DNA of 40,326 nt from a virus (taxonomy: Duplodnaviria > Caudoviricetes): positions 1 to 40,326 of IMG/VR virus record IMGVR_UViG_3300040971_000158, one strand, 5' to 3'. A program made the translations under genes and the position numbers. This document shows, one piece after another, positions 8,051 through 17,047 of the stretch (position 1 is its first letter; each line of letters opens with the position of its first letter). The notes below the pieces were generated by a model, which saw only the letters and a list, made by a program, of their open reading frames with translations, searched no databases and was not told the origin of the DNA.

Positions 8051-9016
8051 CTATACCTGCCCTTCCACGTCATCCACCCAGCCCTGGATGATGTTCTCAT
8101 CGACGATCTCGATTTTCGGAACGTTGCTGGCCACCCCAAAGCTGCCACTGGCAATATCCAAGGCCTGGCGCTGATATCCGGGCGGCAGTTGGCTTATGGC
8201 CTCTACTGCCTGCGCGCGCCGCTTCACCTCGGACTGGTTCTCGCTGGCCCCGATCTGGCGGCCATCGACAATATCCATCACCGGCGCTTCCTGCAAATCC
8301 GGCAGCAATACGCGCATCTGGTCGGTGAAAACCAGGGCGGGCAGCATACCGTTATCGTCGCGCGGCACGATCCCGATCTTGCCTTTTTTCCACAGGTAAT
8401 ACATCCCGGCGATCAGGGCCGCAAAAATCAGGATCAACGGCGTCCAGGCCCAAAAATTATTCGTCATCCGCTCACGCTGCACCGCCAAATCCGCACTCTC
8501 CGACTGGGCATATACCGACGTATGCCTGGCAAAGACAAACGGCGCTTCTGCCGTTGCCGTGGCTGCAACCGCGGTCTGTCCAGCTGCAACCGTCGCCGTG
8601 CCCAGTTTGTAAGCAATTTCAGTCGATGTCCCAGCCGCCGCCGCAGTGCTGGTCGCCTGGTCGCTTGCAGCCCTGGCGGTCGATGTGCCGATTACGCTGG
8701 CAGCCTGCGCGGTAGATGTTCCCTCGGCCTGGGCCGCTTCGATCGTCACCCGCGCGATGGTTTTGGTCTCCTGCGCCGATGCCTCGGTCGCAGTCACCCC
8801 CGCAATCAACGCGGTCGCCGTTTGCTTTGCCTGATGCTCGATTTGTACCTGCGCCGCGGCGCGCTCGGTAACACGCGCTTCGATTTCGGCCTGCAGCGCC
8901 TCAATAAGGATGTGATCATCATTAGTTGGGGTTGCAGTTGGCACGGGCGGCAGAGGTTGACAACCGGTCAAGACCAGAAAAACTACCAAAAATAATTTTT
9001 TCATCATTAACTCCAA
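8051..9016 (-). CDS. Predicted lipoprotein with Ala/Thr-rich stalk and second TM anchor
   Basis: MKKLFLVVFLVLTG-C lipobox, PTATPT and TATA low-complexity region, TM PLILIFAALIAGMYYLW. Confidence 0.75.
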   Translation of the reverse strand: MELMMKKLFLVVFLVLTGCQPLPPVPTATPTNDDHILIEALQAEIEARVTERAAAQVQIEHQAKQTATALIAGVTATEASAQETKTIARVTIEAAQAEGTSTAQAASVIGTSTARAASDQATSTAAAAGTSTEIAYKLGTATVAAGQTAVAATATAEAPFVFARHTSVYAQSESADLAVQRERMTNNFWAWTPLILIFAALIAGMYYLWKKGKIGIVPRDDNGMLPALVFTDQMRVLLPDLQEAPVMDIVDGRQIGASENQSEVKRRAQAVEAISQLPPGYQRQALDIASGSFGVASNVPKIEIVDENIIQGWVDDVEGQV

Positions 9017-9459
9017 ATCTTCGGTTCTTCCGCAGGTTTAGCAGTCTGGTTGTGCGGCGGCTGCTGGGTCTGCTTGCCACTCAGCAGCGTCATGAATTTC
9101 AGCATGTCAGTCATCGTTAGACCCCGCTCACGCGGCTGCTGAGCTTCTTTTTTGCCTTGCCACTGGGCATTTGGCCCGTTTCTCCACGCTCGGCGGGAAG
9201 AAGGTCGCAGCTTCGAGCGCAGCCAGGCAAAAGCCAGTCCGCCAACACCGGCCACGACCACGCCGATCGCAAATTTCAGCAGCCATCCGCCTAGCTGCCC
9301 AACTGCCACCTGCGCCATAGGCATCTGCGCCGCTGCAGTGCTGGCCTGTACCTGGGCTGTGGCCATCTCAACCTGCTGCGCATTGACGATAGACATCCCA
9401 ATCGCCAGCGCCACCAGAATAACAATCACGACCAATCCACCTTCCATACCTGTTTTCAT
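9007..9459 (-). CDS. Two-TM membrane protein
   Basis: AGGAG RBS before MKTGMEG; two hydrophobic helices and a basic tail. Confidence 0.7.
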   Translation of the reverse strand: MKTGMEGGLVVIVILVALAIGMSIVNAQQVEMATAQVQASTAAAQMPMAQVAVGQLGGWLLKFAIGVVVAGVGGLAFAWLRSKLRPSSRRAWRNGPNAQWQGKKEAQQPRERGLTMTDMLKFMTLLSGKQTQQPPHNQTAKPAEEPKIWS

Positions 9460-9475
9460 GCTTTCTTCTCCTTTA

Positions 9476-9766
9476 GTGAAGAGTGGTGAACAGCGACTTT
9501 TTGCACTCTTCACTCCTCACCGATCTTGTGTGTCTTACAAGGCAAAAACAAGCCATAAGTAACCTATACTATTCACAGTTCCTCATCTATTCACTATAAA
9601 AAGCTTGTTTTTTAGATAAATTACTAGTTTTCGGCCATAAAAATGACTTCAAAAAGTCATCAGTGAGGAGGTGAACAGTTTTTTGCAGTATTCACTGACA
9701 AAAAAATGCATTTTTTATTTTGGCCTCAGCATCCAAAACAGTTCACTTCTTCACGAAACTATTCAC
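9476..9766. other. Putative replication origin (iterons around an AT-rich core)
   Basis: TATTCAC x4 (within 9568-9576, 9587-9594, 9688-9695, 9758-9766), GGTGAACAG x2 (9485, 9670), CTTCAC/CCTCAC in both orientations, AT-rich 9595-9660; immediately downstream of the primase/ATPase genes. Confidence 0.6.
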
Positions 9767-11715
9767 CAGGGATACTGTTTTTCATCCTCTGGTTCTTCTG
9801 CAGGCGTGTCATCTATCGTCATTTGGAGCGGCGCGCGCTTCAAATCGACTTTTGCCCGCAATTTCGCCATTTCTTCGCGCGCCTTTTTGATTGTTTCTTC
9901 ATCAGGCAAAACGCCGTATTTTTTCCCTGCAATTTCCATCTTGATATCATCCCAAATACAGAAGAAGCCTTTGTTCGTGCGCTGGGGAAGCTTCCTCAGT
10001 TGAATGATCTCTTTCATGATGCGGCCCACGCGCTGCGTTCCAACCTCGTAGGTTTTCTTGCCCTTTTTTTCTGGATCATCCTTGTTATTGCGCAGGTCCT
10101 GGCCTTCCTGTTTCATCTCCTCGATGATGTTGTTTGCAATTGCGGTTACATCGCCGATTTTGACCAGGATCTCGCCGCTATCGTTGATGACCAGGCGCGC
10201 GCGCATGTCCGCATAGATGTACATCTTCCACAGCGCCTCGACGATGCGCGCCTCGGTTTCCATGCTTTTCTCGGCGGTCTCTTCCAGGTATTTCTCGCGC
10301 AGCATGTCGCGAATTTGGCTTACCAATCTTTCGTTTCCAGACTTCTTCGCCATGATTTTTGCTGGCATCGTGACCTGGTTGTAACGGGGGCTGATAAAAG
10401 TATCGATCAGGCTCATGTCCATATCGATCTTCTGCGATTCCATCATCTGCATCCGCAGCCGTAACAATTTCGGCATCAATCTCCGCCATCCAGCCCAATA
10501 TTTGCTGCCCATTTCCAGCTCGATCCCGGCATCCACCAGTTCTTGCGACGATTTGCCGATCAATCGGATGTCCAGTGAGCGGCTGGCCACCGCGTCATCC
10601 TGGAATTCTCCGCGCATCGAGAAAATCTTTGGGCAGAAACAGGCAAAAGCGCGCGTGCGAAAAGCTTTCACGCCGGTTCGTGGGTTGATCCACTCTTCGG
10701 TGCGATTCACATAGTTGCCGTCCATGGCGCCCATGTTGAAAAATTTCACGATGTTGTTACTGGCCGCACTCTTTTCCATGTCCGCTTCCTCGATGAAGAT
10801 GGTTCCACGCATCATGTCGGTGATGCGAAAAAATACCGATTCGGTATCCCCACCGCTCACTTTTGTCAGCCGGTAGCACAGATGCCCGGCCCGGCGCATC
10901 AGCTCGCTTTTACCGCTGCCTTTATCCCCAATCGCCCGCAGGTATGCCAGCGTGCGGAAGTTCTCGTATACCCACGAGTTGACAATTTGCAGACCGATGA
11001 TGAATGGCGTTCGCTCTTCATCGAACAGGTATTGTTGGCGCATGAAATCAATCACTTCGGTCAGTACGTTTGCCAAATCGACAGGTTCGTTATGGCACCC
11101 GGGCGGCATGACGACACTGGCGCTATCCTGGCCAATGGCAGGCATGATGATCGGTTCTTCATCTGGCTCGAACGGAATCAATCTGAAACGGCTGCCATTG
11201 TTGTTAAGCACCAGTTCTTTGCCGCTCTTGATGTTCCCGTTCGGATCACGCCACACCAGGTATCCGCTTTTATTTTCATAGTCGAGCCAGTAATCGACAA
11301 AATACAGGCTATCGCCATCCCTGAACCAGCCGCCGAATGTCGGGATTTCCGGGATATCGTCCTTTTTTTTCTTCGCGTCGCGCTTGTTCCCGGCCAGGGC
11401 ATTGTTGAAATCCCGAACACTCAGGCCAGCTTTGCGTGCGAGCTTGGAGCGCCACATTCCCAGTGTTTTCTCGTCGAGCTGGCTGGTCAATTCAACGAGG
11501 TCGGTAATTGCATCCTCGTATTCGGTGGACCAATCATCATCTTTATGCTTGGGCGCGAAACTGCCAGCCTTTTCGGCCAGCAATTCGACCAAAGGTTTTG
11601 CCACCACAAGCATGCCTTGCAGCTTGGCAGCCTGGGTTTCAGCATCAAATTCGGCTGCCTGCCACTGGATCAAGAGATCGTTCAGATCAACTTTATTCTT
11701 GGATGTCGTTTCCAT
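9763..11715 (-). CDS. Primase-associated P-loop ATPase/helicase
   Basis: GDKGSGKS Walker A, IFIEEAD Walker B, PKIFS sensor, SR arginine finger; GAGGAG RBS before METTSK at 11715. Confidence 0.75.
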   Translation of the reverse strand: METTSKNKVDLNDLLIQWQAAEFDAETQAAKLQGMLVVAKPLVELLAEKAGSFAPKHKDDDWSTEYEDAITDLVELTSQLDEKTLGMWRSKLARKAGLSVRDFNNALAGNKRDAKKKKDDIPEIPTFGGWFRDGDSLYFVDYWLDYENKSGYLVWRDPNGNIKSGKELVLNNNGSRFRLIPFEPDEEPIIMPAIGQDSASVVMPPGCHNEPVDLANVLTEVIDFMRQQYLFDEERTPFIIGLQIVNSWVYENFRTLAYLRAIGDKGSGKSELMRRAGHLCYRLTKVSGGDTESVFFRITDMMRGTIFIEEADMEKSAASNNIVKFFNMGAMDGNYVNRTEEWINPRTGVKAFRTRAFACFCPKIFSMRGEFQDDAVASRSLDIRLIGKSSQELVDAGIELEMGSKYWAGWRRLMPKLLRLRMQMMESQKIDMDMSLIDTFISPRYNQVTMPAKIMAKKSGNERLVSQIRDMLREKYLEETAEKSMETEARIVEALWKMYIYADMRARLVINDSGEILVKIGDVTAIANNIIEEMKQEGQDLRNNKDDPEKKGKKTYEVGTQRVGRIMKEIIQLRKLPQRTNKGFFCIWDDIKMEIAGKKYGVLPDEETIKKAREEMAKLRAKVDLKRAPLQMTIDDTPAEEPEDEKQYPW

Positions 11716-12871
11716 CGAGCTCCTCATTGTTTTCTGGGGCATCCAGATCGTGTTCATCGTCTTCAACCGGGTCAACTTGCCACTGGACCGTTCGGGTCAT
11801 CGGCCCAAATACCGCGGCTGCCGTCAACGCGTTTTCTTTCCCAGCCTTATCGTTATCCAGGCCGAGAACAACCCGCTCGACCTTATTTTTTTTCATGACC
11901 GCAGCCATTTGCGCGTCTGGAGCAACCCCTACCAGGGCAACCGATGCTACATTCAACTGGGCCGCACTCAGGGCATCAAACTGCCCTTCGACGACAAGGC
12001 AAATTTTCGCGCCCCTGCTAAACGAATAGCAGTAGTAGCGCTGGCGTTCACCTACCAAACTTGCGGGCAGGTTGAAATTTTTCGGTTGCTTGTTCCCTTC
12101 AGCGTCTCTATCCGGGCGGCTGAACAACTTATCTTCGCGCCATTCCAACTCACGTGTGCTGAAATAATTGACCCGGCCGCGCCACACATGTGGAAAAACA
12201 ATGCGCGTTCCATACCCAAGAGCTGGGATATAGTCATTCTCGACCCAGGATGCATTTACGATCTTGTTCTGTTCGGCCCACAAGGCAATTCCGCCGCGCT
12301 TTCCAAGGATCGCCACAGCAGCACGGTCGTCCATGTTCACGTTGTTCATCGAAAAATCCCCTCGAAGATCCTGCATGTGTTCCTTGTTGGCCAATCCGAG
12401 TCGCGCGCGTTTGATTGTTTCATCGGTCAGGCCTCGCCTGCGACAATAATCCAAAGCGGCTGGGGTTTTCCATAATTCACGCTCAAACCAGGCAGTTGCC
12501 AGCTCGTAGATTTCCAGCCGGTCTTTGTGCCGCTTGGCAGCTTCCGGGTCTGCCCACTTGCGCTCGGGCATGCGAACGCCTGTTTTTTCCGATAGATATT
12601 CGCAGGCCTCGGTGAATTCCTTACCCGCATATCGTTTCAGCCAATGGAAGATGTCACCGGTTTCCCAGGTATGCCCATCCGTGCCCGAATTGGCGAAAAA
12701 GGTGTATATGCCCCAGTCAGGGTCCACCATGAACGAGTCTGGCTTGGTGGCATGCACATACCGGCCACGTCGGGTTTTATCGAATTTCATCGAAGACAAC
12801 GACTCGATAACTTCGATCATGTCCACCTTTTCTTTGACTTCCTCGACGAACCCGGTTAGATCTTGTGCCAT
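11693..12871 (-). CDS. DnaG-like DNA primase (Toprim)
   Basis: YCRRRGLTDETIK...LG, RIVFP, LVVEGQFDALS, LGLDNDKAG; GGAG RBS before MAQDL. Confidence 0.9.
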   Translation of the reverse strand: MAQDLTGFVEEVKEKVDMIEVIESLSSMKFDKTRRGRYVHATKPDSFMVDPDWGIYTFFANSGTDGHTWETGDIFHWLKRYAGKEFTEACEYLSEKTGVRMPERKWADPEAAKRHKDRLEIYELATAWFERELWKTPAALDYCRRRGLTDETIKRARLGLANKEHMQDLRGDFSMNNVNMDDRAAVAILGKRGGIALWAEQNKIVNASWVENDYIPALGYGTRIVFPHVWRGRVNYFSTRELEWREDKLFSRPDRDAEGNKQPKNFNLPASLVGERQRYYCYSFSRGAKICLVVEGQFDALSAAQLNVASVALVGVAPDAQMAAVMKKNKVERVVLGLDNDKAGKENALTAAAVFGPMTRTVQWQVDPVEDDEHDLDAPENNEELDGNDIQE

Positions 12872-13221
12872 AGTGTTTTCTCCGCGTTTTATAGAATTTT
12901 TTTGACCATCTGCGCTCAACCCAGTAGGGGCCGTTCCGAAATCAAGAAAAACTTTGCCAACCGAGGCGGGGGGGGGCTATTCCGCATTATGCGACACAGA
13001 AAAAGCCCCTTGCCCTGCCAAAAACCGTCACTTACTGGCCTGCTTTGCCTGTTTGGCGTCGCATAATGCGTATTCTGTGACACGCACAGACCGAGCGCCG
13101 TTTTTCCTGCAACCATGAGACCGAGGCCCGATACACCGTGAATAAGTGAAGATCGGGAATTTTTCTTCTACTGCTACTTCGTTCAATGCGCGCGCCAGAC
13201 CATCCGCCTTCTGCTCACCAC

Positions 13222-13518
13222 CTACACTTCACGCTTGAAATCGAAACCAATCTCAGATAGTGCCTTAGCCAGTTCAATCCGCTCGACAATGACTTTGTTG
13301 CCTTCACACTGCGAGCATTCATCTTCTTCAGCGGGCAGCTCTTCGTCATACCATCCAGCGTTCTTGCGAAACCATTCCTTGATCTCACTGCCTGGCATGT
13401 TGCAACCAGTCTCTTTGAACTGATCCCAGAAAAGATGCCACAGTGGGTTGGGGACAACGCCGGTGCCAGCGCACTCACGGCATGGATATTCTTTAGTGAG
13501 GTAGTATTTTTCGTGCAT
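13222..13518 (-). CDS. DnaJ-type zinc-finger protein
   Basis: CRECAGTG and CSQCEGNK (CxxCxGxG-like); GGAG RBS. Confidence 0.7.
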   Translation of the reverse strand: MHEKYYLTKEYPCRECAGTGVVPNPLWHLFWDQFKETGCNMPGSEIKEWFRKNAGWYDEELPAEEDECSQCEGNKVIVERIELAKALSEIGFDFKREV

Positions 13519-13527
13519 GGTTATCTC

Positions 13528-14407
13528 CTAATACTTCTTTGCCAGCTCTTCGAGCTCTGCCTTGTAAGCCAGCTCCTGCGCTTCGATCTTGTCCCAGACT
13601 TCCCAGTCGATCAAATCATTGATCTGTTCGCGCACCAGGTCAGCCAGGGTTGCAGGTTCTACCGCGTCCAATTCCCAGGAAGACTCTCCAAACTCTGCCG
13701 CGTAGGCTTCGAAACGTGAATCACTCTCTTTGGCCGGGTTTTCAGGTGGCCGCCACATCTCGACCTGGTCATAGTTCAGCGCCAGGCGATGCACTTCGAA
13801 CTCGATGCCGCCATACGTGAACTGTCCGAAGCGCTCACGAATATCGCGTGTCATATCGATCCCTGACGGGTCATTGGTCGCCTAGATAAATGATGTGGAT
13901 CTGCCGCCCGTAGCTTTCCTCGCGAGCAATACGCTTGGCAGCCGTGTACATTGCGCTGCTGGATGTGTAGCCCTTATTGGCCGTGAATTTGACATCCAAG
14001 TCTTGGCACACCGGCAAAATAATGCCGCTCAGAGCATCTTTCTCGACGAAGACCTCGACATAGTGCTCTTGACCTACCCAGCGATCCATCCCGAAGGAAT
14101 AAGCTGCGCTGCGCAGAATTTCGCGCGGACTATCCCAATGCGGGTTGGAGTGGGTCTCACGTCCCCGATCCTCGATCATGCTCCAATCCAGCAGCCCTGC
14201 CAGGCGCGCATTGCTGACGAGATCTCCGGTCCGCTTGTAGCTTTTGACGCTGTTCTCGATGTAATCCCGCGCGACCAGCTGGTAGTAGAGCTGGCGCAGG
14301 GAAAGCTTGTATCCCTGGCTCTCGTACTCATCTAGAATGCCACTGCATGTTTCGATCAATGCCAGGCTGCTCTTGCTGAACTTGTGATCAACAAACTGTT
14401 CTTTCAT
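13528..14407 (-). pseudogene. Topoisomerase VI-A/Spo11-like (Mini-A-like) gene broken by a 1-bp insertion
   Basis: LRQLYYQL, VEKDAL, KGYTS and WELDA motifs. Removing one base at 13874-13875 restores YLGDHDPSGIDMTRDI and a 292-aa ORF. Confidence 0.85.
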
Positions 14408-14419
14408 CGCTTTATCTCC

Positions 14420-15967
14420 TTAACTTGTCAACAAATTCTTTATCAACGCCTTGGCCAACCGCCTCGGCACAGCATTGCCGATTTGCTTGACAACCTGCTC
14501 GCGATTGCCAACGAACTGGTACCAGTCCGGGATTGACTGACCGCGCGCGAGCTCGCGTGGCGTAAGCATCCGATAGTAGATATCGACCAGATAGAGCTTG
14601 CCAGCGTGTTGAATCACCAGAGGCCAGGCGAGACCAAAAACATCTGTGCCGGTGATGGTTTTGAGTGGCTCATCAATTGAAAAAGCCTTACCTGTGCCGT
14701 GGTACTCGACCAGGTACGGTTGGGCTAAGCCAAAACGATTATTGGTGTCAATCGTTGGAATGGGAGTGTCGACAGATCGAACACGAGGGCGGCTAGCATC
14801 ACCGCCGTGATACTCAACAAGATATGGCTGGATCAGCCCCCAGGCATCGACGCTGGTGATAGTTGGCAATGGCTTATCGATGTCATAGGCGCGCAGATCC
14901 GGTCCATGATTAAGCGGGACAATGTATGGCGATGCCAGTGCCCAGGCATCGGCTGAGGTGATAGTGGGAATGGGCTTATCGATATCGTGGATGTAGCCAC
15001 CATGATCCATCTGGATAAGGAACGGCTGCGCCAATGCCATATCCGCGCTTTGACTGGTTATGGTTTGCAGCGGCAAATCGACAGAATGAATATTGTCGTG
15101 GGTTGTGTTGGGATGGCCAATCAGGAATGGACGTAGTCCATACTTGTACAAACCTGCAATGATCCGGCGCATGGTATTGGGCCGTAGCGGGGTCTTGCGC
15201 TTGGAAATGCTCTCTCCCTTATTCGACCAATCAATGATCTCGCGAGCTGTACGCCAGGGCTTTAGATCGCCAAACATGCCACCACTTGATTTGTGATGGG
15301 TCTGCTCCGGCCATACAATCGGGCGGGTCTTCCGACAGATGATGAATAAGCGCTTGCGCGTTTGCGGATCTCCATAATTGGCAGCATTTAGCACGCGCCA
15401 GTCGACCGTATAGCCGAGCTTTTTGATTGCCCGAATAAATCGGTTGAAATATTCCCCTTTTCGCTCTTTGACCGCGATGCCGAATTGGCAGCCGTCCGCG
15501 TGATCTTCGCTTTTTGGGCCTGCGCCACAGGTGCATGGATACAATGGCCCCCAAGTCAAAAAGTCAGGGACGTTCTCGATCAACACATCCTCGATGTAAA
15601 TCTTGCGCATCCAACGCAGAATATATTTGGCCGAGGCGCGAGATTGCTTGCTTTTAGGTTTCCCACCGCGCGCACGAGAGAAATGCGTACACTCAGGCGC
15701 AGCAACCAGCAACCGCAGCCATTTACCCGACACAACATCCAGCGGATCGACATCTTGCAGATCGTTGTTGTAATGCTGCACGTCCGGATGATTTGCCTTG
15801 TGGGTTGCGATGGCAATATCCCAATGGTTGATCGCATACAGGTGCCACAACTTTCCCAATTCGCGCGCCACTTCCGAAAGCGCAGTCGAAATCCCACCAG
15901 ATCCGCAGAACAGATCCGCATATTCATCTAGGAATCGCTGCTTCAATAGCAGATCAGGCAACATCAC
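14420..15967 (-). CDS. DNA (cytosine-5) methyltransferase with repeated variable region
   Basis: DLFCGSGG, APECTHFS, IENV, YGDPQTRKRLF, RMLTPRELARGQ, KQIGNAV. Confidence 0.95.
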   Translation of the reverse strand: MMLPDLLLKQRFLDEYADLFCGSGGISTALSEVARELGKLWHLYAINHWDIAIATHKANHPDVQHYNNDLQDVDPLDVVSGKWLRLLVAAPECTHFSRARGGKPKSKQSRASAKYILRWMRKIYIEDVLIENVPDFLTWGPLYPCTCGAGPKSEDHADGCQFGIAVKERKGEYFNRFIRAIKKLGYTVDWRVLNAANYGDPQTRKRLFIICRKTRPIVWPEQTHHKSSGGMFGDLKPWRTAREIIDWSNKGESISKRKTPLRPNTMRRIIAGLYKYGLRPFLIGHPNTTHDNIHSVDLPLQTITSQSADMALAQPFLIQMDHGGYIHDIDKPIPTITSADAWALASPYIVPLNHGPDLRAYDIDKPLPTITSVDAWGLIQPYLVEYHGGDASRPRVRSVDTPIPTIDTNNRFGLAQPYLVEYHGTGKAFSIDEPLKTITGTDVFGLAWPLVIQHAGKLYLVDIYYRMLTPRELARGQSIPDWYQFVGNREQVVKQIGNAVPRRLAKALIKNLLTS

Positions 15968-16154
15968 TCACCTCGCTGCAAGCCGCAACAAATGCGATCC
16001 AGGCTCCAACTGCATCGCGCAGCTTTTCCGCCTGTTCAATGTTCAGGCTGACAACCTCGCCATTGAGATCGACGATCAGTTCTTCGGCGTAAGTCGTGTC
16101 AACATAGATGGAATTTCCATCCTTATCTTCGAGCTCCAGATCATCTGCCATCAC
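15954..16154 (-). CDS. Small acidic hypothetical protein
   Basis: Coupled between the recombinase and the methylase. Confidence 0.6.
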   Translation of the reverse strand: MMADDLELEDKDGNSIYVDTTYAEELIVDLNGEVVSLNIEQAEKLRDAVGAWIAFVAACSEVSDVA

Positions 16155-17047
16155 ATCCCCCCCAGCGCCATCTGCATATCATCCCAACCCGGTGCGGTGT
16201 AGCGCAGGGTTGTTTCGATGCGGACATGCCCGAGCAGCTTCTGCACAATCCCCAACTGGACCGGCGTGCCGTTGACGGCGTTTTTGCCGTCTGCGGTGCG
16301 CTTGGCAAATGTGTGCCGCAGATCATGGCACGACAAGCCCGGGATTGAAGCTTCAGCGCCGATATCGGTCACGACCCGTTGCATGGTGCGATTGGTAAGA
16401 TCAAAGACCATCTCGCCGGCGGAAATTTCCAACCAGGCTACAAGCGCGCGCCGGGCCGCAAGCGAGAGCGGCACGTTACGAGATTTTTCGCCCTTACCAC
16501 GGACCACATGCACGACCCCGCTGCGCTCGCCAATCTCGATATCGGACCTGCGCAAGCCGGATACCTCGCTCACGCGCAGCCCTGCAAACAGCATCACCGA
16601 GACCAAAGCCCGATCGCGGATGGCGCGTTCGTGCTGCAGCGTGGTGATAGCTCTCTTTGGCAATCGTTCCAGGGCGCGCACCAGGCGGCCATATTCAGCA
16701 TCATCCAGCCAGCGGATGGGGCTTTCCTGCTGCTCCTGGGTTGCCACGCCGTTCATCAGGCTGGGGTCGCCGATCCACTCGGCCAGACTGGCCAGCCCCG
16801 CGCGGCGGACGTTCCAGGTGGCCGCAGCCACCCGCTGGATATTGAGCGACCACTGTCGGTACGCCAACAGGTCGTAATTGGTGGCCATAGCCGGGTCGAG
16901 CGCCTCGCGATAGGTGCTCTCATACCAGGCTGCAAACTTGCGCGCGGCCTGTACATGAGACAGGACGGTCAGATCTGCGAGCTTGCGCCCGTTGACGACG
17001 CGCGCCTGTAACCAGGATTGGAATTCAGTTTGCCAATTCGCGTTCAT
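16151..17047 (-). CDS. Tyrosine recombinase (XerC/D-like)
   Basis: Complete catalytic set: GLRVSE, GKGEKSR, HDLRH, LLGH, TTLRY; N-terminal core-binding domain. Confidence 0.95.
   Translation of the reverse strand: MNANWQTEFQSWLQARVVNGRKLADLTVLSHVQAARKFAAWYESTYREALDPAMATNYDLLAYRQWSLNIQRVAAATWNVRRAGLASLAEWIGDPSLMNGVATQEQQESPIRWLDDAEYGRLVRALERLPKRAITTLQHERAIRDRALVSVMLFAGLRVSEVSGLRRSDIEIGERSGVVHVVRGKGEKSRNVPLSLAARRALVAWLEISAGEMVFDLTNRTMQRVVTDIGAEASIPGLSCHDLRHTFAKRTADGKNAVNGTPVQLGIVQKLLGHVRIETTLRYTAPGWDDMQMALGGM

Noticed and set aside
10882-12475. Long plus-strand ORFs (338 and 363 aa), and similar ones such as 8189-8995, 29202-30041, 35153-35974, 38466-39251
   Set aside because: Antisense shadows of well-supported minus-strand genes in GC-rich DNA, with no motifs.
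12916-13215. Small ORFs between the primase and the zinc-finger gene
   Set aside because: No convincing RBS, motif or preferred frame; left unannotated.
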